A stretch of 64,000 bases of DNA, from the NCBI GenBank assembly GCA_003971905.1, contig RSEE01000040.1, forward strand, positions 310,001 through 374,000, read 5' to 3'. This document shows positions 34,850 through 47,500 of the stretch, one piece after another. The notes beneath the pieces were generated by a model. It was not told the DNA's origin and searched no databases. It saw only the letters and a program-made list of their open reading frames with translations. Origin of the DNA: Moniliella sp. 'wahieum'. Its lineage: Eukaryota. The translations under genes were made by a program, and so were the position numbers. Each line of letters starts with the position of its first letter. Positions within the stretch are counted from its first letter, which is position 1.

Positions 34850-36616
34850 ATGTCCTACGGCGGCGGGTTCGTACACGGCTTCCTCCTCTCCCCTGGCTCC
34901 ATCTGACCCTCCCCCTTCCCCCGCACCCAGCGGCTTCTGGGCTCCTCCCTCAGACGCTCCCCAAGGCTACGGCCACCAGCAGCACAGCCACCGTGCCAAT
35001 GACGACAACCCCGGCTTCTTTGCCCCTCCTTCCGGACCTCCGCCTGACAGCTACTCCAACTCATCCGGCGGCTACGGTGCCCCCAGTGGTGGGTACGGTG
35101 CCGGCGGCGGATTTGCGCCGCCTTCGGGACCGCCCCCGGGTTTGGCGGCGACAGCTATGGCCAGTCACAGGGGGGCGGCTATGGCCAGCACCACAGCGGC
35201 GGCGGCGGATACGCCAGCAACAGAGTAGCGGTGGATATGGCCAGCACCACAGCAGTGGCGGAGGATTCGCTCCGCCGCCTGGGCCTCCGCCTGGCCAGCA
35301 AGGTGGCGGCGGATATGGCCAGCAAGGTGGCGGCGGATATGGCCAGCAAAGTGGTGGTGGATATGGCCAGCATCACAGCAGTGGCGGAGGATTCGCTCCT
35401 CCGCCTGGGCCTCCGCCTGGCTGGGGTGACCAGATGTGAGTGCATCATCCCCCACGTTGCGATCGTGCTAGGAGCGATAATTGACATGGATTTGCAGCGA
35501 CGGCCCCATTGGACCCGAGGCCTACCAGAACCAGGAAGTGCACACCCAGCGCCCCATGGGGCAGAAGATGGAGAACGGTATGCAATACGAATACTCGAGC
35601 ATGACGGGTAAGCGCAAGGCGCTGTTGATTGGGATCAACTACGCTGGGTCCAGTGCAGCGCTGAAAGGCTGTTGGAATGACGTGGACAATATCAAGCAGT
35701 TCATCATGTCCAGGGGGTACAAGCAGGAGGACATGGTCATCCTGACCGACCGTGACCAGAACCCCGCAACAAGCCTACTCGCTCCAACATGACCGCCGCC
35801 ATGCACTGGCTTGTCAACGGCGCACAGTCGGGCGATGCCCTGTTCTTCCACTACTCTGGCCATGGCGGCCAGGCCGAGGCGAAAGACGGCGACGAAGATG
35901 GTATGTTGTCATGTTGCCCTTGTAGGCGCAGTGGAATTGGTACTGATAAATTATGTTGGACCAGATGGGATGAACGAAACCATCATTCCCTTGGACTATG
36001 AGCGGGCTGGGCATGGAGGACGACGAGCTTCACAAGCTCCTGGTGTCTCCTCTTCCTGTTGGATGCCGCTTGACGGCGATTTTGACTCTTGCCACTCGGC
36101 ACGGTGCTGGACTTGCCCTATGTATACGCAACGAGCGGTAATCAAGGAGCCCAACGTTTTGGCCGGCATTGGCAAGGGTGTCCTGAGCGCCGCGATGGAT
36201 TATGCTCGCGGAGACATGACCGGTGTGTTCAAGGGCCTGCTATCGACCGCGATGACTGCCAAGAACACCTCATCGGCGGAGGGTATTACGAAGAACGCGT
36301 TCTTCTGGTGCCGATGTGGTCATGCTGTCGGGATGCAAATTCGCAAACGTCTGCGGACGCCGTTGAGGCCAACAAGGCTACCGGTGCATGCTCTTGGGCC
36401 TTCATCACGGTGATGAAGAAGTACCCTCGCCTGACCTACTCGCAACTACTCAATGCAGTGCGTGACGAGTTGGTCAACAAGTACTCGCAAAAGCCCCAGG
36501 TGCGTGGCTTTCCTTGCTACTCTTTGTTGCTGCTACTGCTACTGATGGGTGTGTGTGAACAATGTCAGCTGTCCTCGAGCCACCCGATTGATCTTTCGCT
36601 TACCTTCATCCTCTAG
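34850..36616 (+). CDS. MCA1: Type I metacaspase with a G/P/Q/Y-rich prodomain
   Basis: GKRKALLIGINY, LKGCWNDV, catalytic LFFHYSGHGG and FDSCHS(G), QTSADA, YSQKPQ|LSSSHPID. Introns about 35436-35497, 35901-35963 and 36500-36568. Confidence 0.96.
35157..35421 (+). repeat. Coding tandem repeats in the metacaspase prodomain
   Basis: A block of about 60 nt encoding YGQHHSSGGGFAPPPGPPPG occurs twice (about 35236 and 35362), separated by 24-nt units encoding GQQ(G/S)GGGY x3. Confidence 0.85.
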
Positions 36617-37292
36617 GGTATGCGCTCCCTACTTCGGAATCGGTTTATCGTTGGATGGCTCCCCAGGTGTCGCATGTTTGCAACAATCTAGAACGAGGGT
36701 CTCCTAAGTTCAACGTACTTTTCTTCGCACCTACCTTCCCCGTCCTTTGTTGGCTTTGTTGCCCAGGGCGGCTGTTCTGGCCTTGGCCATGCCCTATGCC
36801 AGCTGCGGGATCAAGGTCGGTTATAGGCTTTAATAGTTTCCACCCACGTCGCAGGTCAGACGCTCTCAGGCTTGGGAAATAGAGCCCATCGTCATCAACT
36901 TGAGCAGCGGAGGCAGGAAGGACGAAGCTCCAGAGGCAAACTATAGTCTGACACAGCAGTGCTGATTGTCAACTTCAACTGCATGACGACCAGCCGCACC
37001 GCACCAACGATAGAACCCCCCCATTCACCATTTCATTTTTCTAGTCTCTTGATGCAAAGTAAAGGCACAACTGAGGCAGCTAGGAGGCACCTGAGGGTCT
37101 GAGGGCCTGAAGGCCGAGGGCCCGAGGCCTGAGGCAGGGGCAAAAGTGGTGGCTTTGTTGACTTGGGGCCTTTCCGGGTCAGAACGCGAACGCCCCCGGT
37201 GGTTGTGAGCTGCCGAGTGCAAGCATTCTATCCATCGGCCAATCCGACCAGCGGATGGGAGTATTATGTAAGGGACCCCGTCCGCTGCTGCT

Positions 37293-38316
37293 TTGGATTT
37301 CGCATCCTCCTCGCATCATCGTCACTCGTTGCCGCCTGTGCCACCACCGCCCCTGCTCCCCCGTTGCGCTGGCGGTGATGGATCTCAACGAGATGTGCAG
37401 CTAGCCAGTGCTGTGCAGGCCCTCAAGCGGAGACGAATCTCGGTTCGGCTGGAGGACTTTGCGCTGGAGCTAGGGTCCGGGTTTGAGCCGCTGCTGCAGC
37501 GCCTCGCGGCTGTACCAGCGCTTTGTGGCCCACGAGCGGGTGCTGGTCAACCGGTCAACGGCACGTTGACGTACAAGCCGGATTATGCGATCAAATCGGC
37601 GCAGGACATTGCGGAGCTGCTCAAGTCGCGGTGGGACAGCTACGCCGAGGCGCCTGGCTCAGGGGACCCACGCAAACGTCCCCGTCTGCCGCTCAAACCG
37701 GCCATCAAACTGGGCGATCTGCGCGAGTCGTGGCCCGAGGCGAAGGCGGCGGTGGAACAGCTGGACAAATTTGAGCCGCGTCAAGATCGACCGATCTTGG
37801 TCTGGCGGCAGCCACCGCAAGCGCGGGACGTACGTCTGACCAACTCCCAGCCCAAGGAGGCGGCGATCAAGAGCGTCATTTACAATCCCATCCGCGGGCC
37901 CGAATGCAAGGCGCCGGAAGAAGGTTAGTTAGTTGGTGTACGGGCACCCTGTACCCCCCTGCCCGTGTGTTGTGCCCCGGTACTAACTCGGCTTCCGACC
38001 AGAATTCAAGGAACTGTGGCATTCCCTCACACTGCCCAAAGAGCTCGTCCGGGCTCATGTGACCCAAGCGGCGATCCAGGCGGCGGATGCCGAACCCGAG
38101 ATGGCCTCTACCAGTTCCTCGGTGCCCATCAGCGCATTTGGCACGGGGGGCATGATGCACGGAGACAAGAGCAAGGCGTTGGCCGCTCGCGGCGCGCGGG
38201 GGGCAGGGCGCGCGGCCGCGGAAGGGGTCGCGGACGCGGCGCCGCCAATCTTCTTCCCGCAAACCCAAAATTCAAAACACCATCTCGGCATCGATCTTAC
38301 CAAGGAATGTCTGATC
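37293..38316 (+). CDS. TFA2: Transcription initiation factor TFIIE beta subunit; start and stop approximate
   Basis: VRLEDFAL, LTYKPDYAIKSAQDIAELL, LRESWPEAKAAVEQL, EEFKELWHSL after an intron at about 37924-38002, and the C-terminal signature KIQNTHLGIDLTKE. Confidence 0.85.
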
Positions 38317-39179
38317 TCACATTGCCAGGCCTGCCACGCCCCTTGGCGCTGGTGCATTGTCTTGGCTAGCTGCTGTTGTCGTTCTTCTTGTCTCTTCATC
38401 GTTTGTGTTCGTCACCTCATCTGTGTCGGCCGCTCCTAGTACATGCATCCCCCCATTCAGATCGAACGCAAACGGTTCTCGTCTGCCAGATCACACTAGG
38501 CCTCTCCGTCCTTCTCAGAATCGAGTTCCTGGCTTGTTGAGCCCGATGCATGGTGGCCCCGAAGCTCTGGGGCTCTGTGGGACGAGCAATTGCTTGTTGG
38601 AGGGCGGTAAAGGCGTCGGCTGGGGATCACAGTGATTTGGCGGCTCATCCTGCGTTGGGTGGGTTGAGCGTTGAGCCGTCGGAAGGCCAACAGCGCCATG
38701 GGATGCAGGGACAGTCAGTGGCATTCCGGCCGACACGCAGGCAACCCATTGCACAGTCACTAGAGCACCCGGTGGTCCCGGTAGCTCCACACCTACCTTC
38801 ATCAAATGAGATTGCTACGCACGGCATTCGCTATATAGTGCCCCGTCTGGACTACCTGGGAAAGCCTGGTGCGAGATTCGCATGCGGTCCGACTGGTGCC
38901 GGGTTCGATGAGGGCTGTGATGCGGCCTAGCTGGGACCCACTCGGGTCGATTGGCCGAGCAGCCAGGTCGATTGGAAAGTAACGGGAACTCGCTTGGCAG
39001 AGGCGACCTGATTCCTGCGCTCACCCAGGTGGGTGACGCTGGTGAGGCTGCGGTCAAAACAAGGTACATGGAGAAGGTCAAAAGCAGGTTGATGATAATG
39101 CATTCACCCCTCTGGATATGGCGGCGGAGGTGCAGTTTCCTCGGTCTTCTGCTCTTAGGTATGCCCCCTTAGCCATCCT

Positions 39180-40140
39180 GTTCGCGTTGATACACGAAGA
39201 GAGGCCTGCCAACGCTTCGCGGTCTCACCATGATTGGTGGAGAATGCGCCACTTTCAACAAGGGTTCCAGCTCAGACGTTTCCTAGTTTGCCCCTGAAAT
39301 CCTATACGTCCTGGAGGAACAGGGGTGCGAGGCGCTCGGTTTGTGCCTGCTCTGCAGGGCCGGTGGTAGCCAAGTTGGCGTAAGATCGGTGCACGGCTCG
39401 ACCGGGACTCGGGATGGGTCACGAACGCGGCGCCGTCTGTCCCCTGGGCGGGGATTTTCCCCCGCTAGAGTCCGTATCCCTGCAGGGAGCCTTCCCCGCC
39501 TAGCTTGTCTGTTAGCGATGGGGCGACTGGCGGGATTGGGATGCCTTTCCACCCTCTTACGGGACGACTTGGTCTCGGGGGCAGGGAGTTCTCGGATGGC
39601 CGTGCGCAAGTCCTCCAGGTCCGATGTCACGTGGTAAGAGCTCACGTCTTGGCCGTTTATGCCGTCGAGGAGTGCAAGGCGGTACAATTCGTCTTGCGGA
39701 CCGGTGGTAGCAACCGCAAGTCTGTGCAACTCCTCCATGCGTTCCAGCCACGCGGCACCCAACATGCTTCCCTGCTTGTTGTGGCTATAGAGGTTTCGCA
39801 AGCCTTGACAGGCTCTGGCATTCGTCACGTGGCTGTGCCGCTTCTGCAGTCGGTCGAGAAATTCGTGTGTGGTCGCAGGCTCTTGGTTGGGGTGGATGAA
39901 GAGCACACGGACTCGGATGGGCAAGGCGGTGCGGAGGCATAACATGAACGTTCAAGTTGAACATTCAATATTCAACGCTTGCAGTCAGCCAACGTCAGCA
40001 GGGGCAGGCCTTTCACCCTCAGCCTCTAGCCTCTCGCCTTCTGCCGACGGTGGCGCCAAGGCGAAATAAGCGCCTCAGGCTTCGGTTTACAGTCAGCCTC
40101 ACCACAAGTGAGATGGAGAAAGGGATGGCCTCGTTACGTG
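39180..40140 (-). mobile_element. Degenerate Ty3/gypsy-like gag with a possible protease remnant
   Basis: TTHEFLDRLQKRH..LRNL..KQGSM...WLERMEEL...DELYRLALLDGIN..LEDL fits the retrotransposon-gag pattern. The same frame continues upstream with stops (G*L*TEA*GAYF...ERL...G*LQ). Downstream, GKLGNV*AGTLVESGA resembles a retropepsin LVDSGA motif. No RT, integrase or LTR was seen. Confidence 0.55.
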
Positions 40141-40397
40141 TCTACCCCTCAGGGTGCTCGCCCCACCGCGCCAGCCTGGGTCAACGTTCAACGAACAATG
40201 AGCAATGATGACGCGGACGCTCGCTCGCTGACGCGCTGACGGATGACTCAATGACGTTTCCCCGCGCCCTTCGCTTGCCGTCGGGATCGGACCTCAGGAT
40301 ATAGCGAGGTTCTGTCAGTTCCTCTCCGGTATCTTCCCCCCAACTCTTCCTACCGCTACACAAGCACCCAGCAGCGATCCTTACCAGCTCTGCTAAT

Positions 40398-41084
40398 ATG
40401 GCTTACAATAACTTCCCTGAGCCCGGTCAAGGCGGCAGCTACGGCGGCAGCCAATATGGTGGCCAAGGCTACGGTGGCGACAATCAGTACGGTGCCAATC
40501 CGTACACCGGTAACCAACAGCCTGGGGCGATGCGTACGGGGAGCGCCAACCAATACGGTGGTTCGGCGCAAGGCTACGCTGGTGGCGCAGCACAAGAGTA
40601 CCGTGGGAGGAGCCAGCTGGTGGTGAAGGGGGAGAGCGTGGGTTGGGGACCATGGCACTGGAGGGGCAGCCGGGTGGGCGGCCAACAAGGCGTCGGGCAA
40701 GCACCATGGAAACTTTGCTTCCATTGCGGGCGGTGCGATCCTAGCCGAGGTGGCAAGAAGGTAGGCGAACACATTCATGACCGGTACGAAACCCACAAGA
40801 ACAAGGAACCCTATGATGATCAGTATGGCGGCAGCGGTAGCCATGAATTTGGTGACCACAAGGCCAACTTTGACGGCGGATACGGCAACCCCCCGGGATA
40901 TGGTGGTCCCGGCGGTCCTGGCGGCTACACCGGAGGTTCTGGAGGGCCTGGTGGGTACGGTGGAGGAGGAACCGGTGGGTACGGTGGAGGAGGACCCGGT
41001 GGGTACGGTGGAGGAGGACCCGGTGGCTACGGTGGCCCGCAAGGCGGGTACGGCAACCAAGGCTATGGTGGTGGCGGATGGTAA
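40398..41084 (+). CDS. Gly/Tyr/Gln-rich protein with a central glycine-zipper-like segment
   Basis: MAYNNFPEPGQGGSYGGSQYGG...; the frameshift-corrected middle reads EGERGLGTMAL.AAGWAANKASGKHHGNFASIAGGAILAE.; C-terminal (GGYGGGGP/T)n repeats. Confidence 0.8.
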   Translation: MAYNNFPEPGQGGSYGGSQYGGQGYGGDNQYGANPYTGNQQPGAMRTGSANQYGGSAQGYAGGAAQEYRGRSQLVVKGESVGWGPWHWRGSRVGGQQGVGQAPWKLCFHCGRCDPSRGGKKVGEHIHDRYETHKNKEPYDDQYGGSGSHEFGDHKANFDGGYGNPPGYGGPGGPGGYTGGSGGPGGYGGGGTGGYGGGGPGGYGGGGPGGYGGPQGGYGNQGYGGGGW

Positions 41085-41624
41085 TCCTTTATGGCACCCC
41101 CCAGCTTGCTCCTTCTGTGTGTATATGCCGCGCACTTCACTTTCTCTCTCCACCCTTTTCTTTTGGATTGAGCAGTGCCGCGCCATTCGCATCTTCATCG
41201 CGACCCCTTGCCTCCTGATCTGGCCCCACTCTCGCAGCAGGTGGCAGCGCATTTAGTTTGTCCGTTGCCACTGTACCTCTATCGCACACATCTTCCACCT
41301 GATGTACCAGACTGCTATAGAACGGCTGTGCCACCCGAAAGGAACGCCATAGGGGCACAAGATGGAGTAGAGCAATGCATACAGGATTGTGCCGCGCATA
41401 GTCGGGGGGTTTTGGAGCAATCAGATCATGGGAGCAGGCACACCGGGGGGCCCAAAGAGCAAGCCCCCAGAACGTGTCCCACATTGATCACGAAAGATGA
41501 CACAGACAGAAATAGAGCGGAACCCAACGGTTCAGAGGCAGCAAGAGCCCAGAGGCTCATTCCAAGTCAAGAGGCATGTCCCCCCTCTCAGTCTGCCAAG
41601 TATCCCCAGGTATCGACCGCTCGT

Positions 41625-42201
41625 TTAGATGCTCTCAGCGAACGAGAAGACAACGTCCTTGCCCGTCAGCTTGTAGACGGCGCTGAACGTCTCCGTCTTG
41701 TACTCGAGAGCGGTGATGTCCTTAGCGTCAAGGAAGCACTTGATCAGCTTGGAGCCGTCAACGGCAAAGCGTGTCCGGCGGCCGACAATGTCCGAGGGGT
41801 ACGACAGGTCCTCGAGGATCGCGTCGTGAACGGCAGTGAGCGTGCGCGAACGCGGGCGGGGCTGCTTGGTGCCCTCCACGGTTGGGCTTGCGCAGGATGC
41901 GGCGCTGGCCAACAAAGACCACGTGGCGGTCCGAGAACTTCTTCTCCAGCTCACGGATCAGACGCACTTGAATCTTGTGGTACGCCTTGAGCTGGGGCAT
42001 GGGCACAAAGATCACAATCGCCTTCTTGCCGCCCTTGACCTCCACCTCTTTCCGAAGAGATCTGCAGAGGACGCAGCTCAGCCGTGAGCTCGGACACGTT
42101 GCTCTCCAGGTCCAGGAGGGCCTGGGCGACCGAAGTCTCAATCTCCGAAGGAGGGGCCGTGGGCGCGTTGGCCGGCGGAGGACTTGGCGGACCACCGACA
42201 T
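41625..42201 (-). CDS. RPS7: 40S ribosomal protein eS7; probable 5'UTR intron 42208-42323
   Basis: [83 protein letters not shown]. Confidence 0.97.
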
Positions 42202-42599
42202 GGTTGGCTTCAAATAACGTCAGTTCTTATTCTGAAGGGGCGTGCCCACCAACGACCACGGACGTAGTCGAGGACCAAGTAGAGCCTTTGGAGCGCCCAG
42301 CGAGCAGCCAGCAATGCACTTACAGATACGGTTGGTAGGTTGGGCAACGCAATGTCGGTTTCCGACCGAAAGCAGCAGTTCGACGTTGCTCCATCCACCA
42401 CGCCAGCTAGGGCGGCGGCACCACACCACTCTCCGAAAAACAGTAGTAGGGTTTGCCGCAGCTTGCGCCGGCAAAGAGCTGGCTACTTTCAACTTTCAAC
42501 TAGGGTTGGCTAGTGCAATTCTGAATTTATCAACGTCACGTGTATTTCATGCTTGCCGCCATTGACGAATTGACAACAGCCGTAATAGCAACGTTGGAA

Positions 42600-43667
42600 G
42601 CCTTCGTTACTAGCTGGTCTCCTCCACATACTAGGACGTCAAGAACAAGAAGCCAATGCATTCACTCTCACCATTTGCGCGTGGCAACAATACTCTTGTT
42701 GAGCTACTCGATGGATCTCGTGTGTTTGGCCACCGTCCCTTGCGCTTCTCCTCAGGCGTATATCTATTAGGAGTCCGTTGCTTTCTCTCATCGCTTCTGC
42801 TTTCATTCTTCTGCTCCTGCCGGCTCAGCCTATACATTCATATCCTTTTGCCAAAATGGTATGGCAAAAAACAATTGGCGACCTCGTTTGCGGGGCCCCT
42901 CCCCCCAGGAGTTATATGGCTAGCCACTGGGCTGCACTTGTTCATGTGTGTCCATTCGCGGAGGTCTCCTCTTCTGTTCTAATATCCCTCTCGTTCATCC
43001 TCGACGCTGGAACAGGCTTCTCAGTGCCTCTATCTGTTTTTTCCATCCTGAAGCTATAATGAAGAACATCCGCTTAATGTCACTCTTCTCTATATACACA
43101 TTGTTGCTCCCTGTCTTGCCTAGTATACGCCACGTTGTCTGAACAGTAGTGGCTATTACAGTTCCGGGAAGATAGCAAAAGATAGCCAGCACTACACGTC
43201 CGATGTGCGTCGTCTCCCTTAAAAACATTCGTAAACCCCTCCTGCCCCCACCTTTGACTGGATATACGCGAGCGATAGTCACATTTCGCCTCAAACACAT
43301 GTGTATCATCTCCCTCCACCGTCCAACGACCGCACTTACATTCCTGCCTGAGGAGCGTTTGAGGAGAGCAAGGGTTGCTAAGTTTTCCACGTCTTGAAAG
43401 TGAGAACGATTTCCTGGACGTAGCCTGTCTATATTTAGTGAGATGTTTTGATGCCTTGGTTTGTTGAGAATGGTGCCCTCGGGAAAGGCAGACACACGTG
43501 CCCCAGGCAGATAGTGATGATGCAGCGCTGATTCAGTGGTGCATCTGTGAGCTCGACGGCACGACTGGCGGTGCTTTTGCAGGTCTCCTGCAGGCACTTG
43601 ATGCTTGGCGCTTGAAGCTGGTAGCTTGATGCCAAGGACTGTGGCCGTAAACGTCGTAAACGGACAT
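42600..43667 (-). pseudogene. Possible orphan gene or decayed gene in a lower-GC segment
   Basis: CCACCATGTCC start context at 43667, GTAAGT donor at about 43339 with a CAG acceptor at about 43258, and a 200-codon open frame 42995-43597. No recognisable domain. Confidence 0.25.
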
Positions 43668-44599
43668 GGTGGTTGAGGTCAACCCTGAGGGGCCTGAGGG
43701 ACGTGTGACAGGTTGTGTGCTGGAGGCAATCAACGAACCGGTTAATGCTGGTCGTCACGCGTCACGCATCACGCGTCATTCGTCAAGCATCCATCATCGA
43801 TCATCTGATCGAGCAGTGATTGATCGGCGATTGGCAGGGTGGACCCTGGTCTTTTTCTCCGCCGCATGCCAGCAGTACATGCAGAGCCACGCTTCACGCT
43901 TCAGTCACGCGTCACGTGAGCAAGCATGCATGCAGGCTGATGCGGATGCGCTGATGCGCTGATCCGCATAACCGATGGGAGACAGCTGGGCGCGGGGAGG
44001 ACGCGCACTGCCACTACGGATGAAACGCCACCCAGGCCACTGCTCGGGGCGGTGCATGCCAGTACGGCTTTAAGCTGATCACGTGAGTTGGCCGGTGACT
44101 GGGGGGCAGTCTGGCGCTGTGCTAAGCGCGTGGGGGGGAGGCAGCGGCCAGCAGCACACTGGGGCGCTGCCTGGCTCTGCACTGGGTGCGCTGCGGGGGG
44201 GCAGGCGGCTGCAGGGGGCTGCTTGATTAGGGAGGGGTGGTTGGGCGTGGTACGTATGCTGCATGTTGGGCTGCCATTCGCCCCAGGAGGGGCAGGCAGG
44301 GGAGCAGCCGGGCGCAGCAGCAGCAGGCCGCAGCCTCGCGCCGCGGCCAATCATCAATCAATGGCGGCCGCACGGGGGCGCACGACGCGGCTGTTGCGCC
44401 ACGCCTGGCCAGACATGGGACGCATGCAGCGCGGCGGCGTGCGCTGCAGTGCCCCCCGCCGGCGCAGGCAGGCAAGGCAAGCGGGCTCAGCTGAGCTAAA
44501 GCGCGCAGCCTGCCCGCAGCCTCCGTCCCGTCCGCGCCGACGCCCCCACCCCCGCCCCGCCTCCATCCGCCCCCATCGCCCCCCCCACTCCGCCCACGC

Positions 44600-47500
44600 A
44601 TGAGGTCGTTCTTCGACCGCCGCCGGCCTGGCGCGAGCGGAGAACAGGCCGCCGCCCCACCCGCCTCCCGCTTTGCCTTTGCCCGCCCCTCCCGTCCCTC
44701 GCCCGTCTCCGCCGCCTCCGCCTCCGCCTCCCCGGCCCTCCTCGCCATCTCCTCCCCCGACCAGCTCCAGCAGCAGGCCTCCTTCTCCGTGTGTCTCCAT
44801 CTCCGTCCCATCCCCATCCCCATCCCCATCCCCATTCCCCACCCTCATCGCCCCTGGTCGTCTGCTCTCTGCGTGCGCTGACCACCGTCCGCCTCCTAGC
44901 CCATTCCGCCCAGCCCAGTCTCCAGTTTCCCCCCATCGCCATCCGTCCCACCCGATCTCACCTACCCCCGTCCATCCCTGACACCTGCGCACCATGCCGC
45001 CCCCAGCTCTGGCAGTACCAGCACCAGCATCGCTTCGCAGCCTAGATATGCCATGACCTCTAGCATGTCCTGCCGATCGCCTCCAACGCCTCTCCCAGTC
45101 TACGCCTCTCACGCCCCGCTCGCCTGAGCCCGACTTGGTCGTGCCACGTACCCGCTCCCGCACAATCGACCGCTCCCCTCGCACATCTCTCCTCGCTCTG
45201 TCTGCTCACACCTCAGACCCATCCAACCCCAACCGGCCATTGGGTGGCACTGCTAGCGACAGTACACTCTCCTCGGCTCGGCACACTTTGTCCTAGAGCG
45301 TCCCGATAAAGCAGGAGTGGAGCGCATGTTTGAGCAGTTGGTGCGCAAGCACAACCTCCTAGAAGGGGGCAGCGCGATACAGTGCGCCAAACCATGATGG
45401 GCTTAAGCATGGACGACAAATGGACTCTCATCTACAATGACCTGCACAGGGAATGGTTGGACAGACGTCCCCGCCGCCACTCCTGCGCGCCAGCGGTAGC
45501 AGCAAGTCCCTTTCCCATGGCTTGACCACGCGTTCCTCGCCTACAAGCTTTATCCGTCGCATCCATGCCGGCGAGGTTAGCTATGCCGACCTGGAGGCAC
45601 TGTCGATAACACTCCGCAGCTGTGCTATGGGTTGGATCGAAGAGTTTGTTTTGGCCCAGGGTACAGTGACCCTAGGCAAGCTGTTGGACACGGTGCATCA
45701 AAAACCATCCCTTACCGATGACGATGTACGGCTGGAATTCGGCGTGCTCAAAACGTTCAGGGCCTTGTTCAACTCACGCCCGGGAGCAAACGATGTGTTG
45801 CGGCAGCCTGAATGCGTGGTGAGCATTGTGCAGTCCACCACCTCCCACCATCTTCTCACCCGCCGCCAAGTCTCCGACATTTTGCTCTTCTTGTGCCATT
45901 GGGATAAGCCGCTGGGCCAGCAACTCGTCCTCCGCGGGTTTGACGAACTTGGCCAAAGGTATGGCAACCATGGTCGGTTTGACGCTTGGATGCGCGTGCT
46001 GGAGCGCACCATTGATGGAAGAGGCAAGATGGGCAGCCTGGTTGGAGCCTCCCATGAGCTTCTGGATTTGGGTCCGGCTGCGCATGAGACCACCCTGAAC
46101 GAGTATGCGCTCAACAGCCTGTTTCTGATCAACGCCTTGGTTGCGCCCGACATTGCTTTGACCTCCAACTGCGGGTGGACCTGCGCCAGCAGCTCAATGA
46201 CTCCGGTCTGCAGCGCATCTTGGTCAAACTGCGTGCCTTCAACTCCCCCGAGTTGGAGGCGCAGATCCGCGAATACGAGAGGCACGCTCTATCCGATTCC
46301 GACGAGATTCGCAATACGACCGAGACACAGGAAGATTTATCGGGCCCGGTAGATGTGTTTAAGAGCTTGTCTCCGACCTCGAGGGGAAAAGGGCGTACGA
46401 TTTCCTCCTCTCTGCTCTCCAGCATTTACGCCGTATCCGCCACGATGACGACGTCAATACGCGCTACCAATTGATCGATTCGCTTGTCTCAGCGGTTGCC
46501 TTGGACGACACGGGGAGTGTTGATCTCTCATCCTTAATCGGTGCCAGTGTCCCGGATCTGATCCGCCGCTTTGATGAGCAACAAACTGTCGATGATCTGC
46601 GTGCGGAACGCGACCAACTGAAAGATGAACGAGACCAAGCCCAGGCGTCCAAGCGCGATTTGGAAGTTCAACTCAAAGCCTCCGCCAACGCCTCGCCCGT
46701 CTTTCTTCTCATTCGCCTCAACAATTCCCCACCGGAAACCAGGCGGTGACCAGTTCGCCATCGCTGTCTCCTGCGATGGCAGTGATGCAGAGAGTGTCCC
46801 TCCCACCCGCCCGATGCCGATGTTGAAACGCAGGAGACGGCTATTTCTTTACTCAAGGCACGGGTGGAGCAGCTGGAGGTAGAGTTGGCCTTGGCGAATG
46901 AAACGATGACGGCGAACGAGGCAGACGCTACTCAAATGCAAGCCACGCTCATGGACCAGTGTGCGCATTTGGAGGTGCAGCTGCGCGAGGCAGAGCAGCG
47001 CGCCAACCAAGCGACAAGCAAGGAAGAGGAACGTCTGTCCCCCTCGGAGATCAAGACACGATGGAACGAGTCCTTACGGCAGCAATTTGGACGCGGTCGT
47101 GATGAGGGGATACCAAGGTCCAAGGAAGCGCTCGACTTGGGCCGGCTTGGGCTTGGCTTGTCTCCGGGACCAGACTCGGCGGCGGTGCAAGATCGGTCCA
47201 CCACTCCCGCAGAGGACGAGAGGCCGGCGGCGCCGAACAGGATGTTGCATGCCAAGACGCAGATTGACGCGGCCTTAGCCCGCCGGGTTGGTGCTCCGAT
47301 CCGTGCTCTACCTAGTAATGGGCCGAACAGCACGGAGCAGGCGCATCCGCTGGAGGGCGAGAAGGCCGATCCACTACCGGTCGATGCGTCTAATGCGCTT
47401 CTCTCTGGCCCCTCCAACGAATCGACCCTGCCTGTCGCCTCTCCAAACGCCCTCCACGTACCAGTACGCGTCTCGAGTTTTGCCTCCCCATCCTCCGTGG

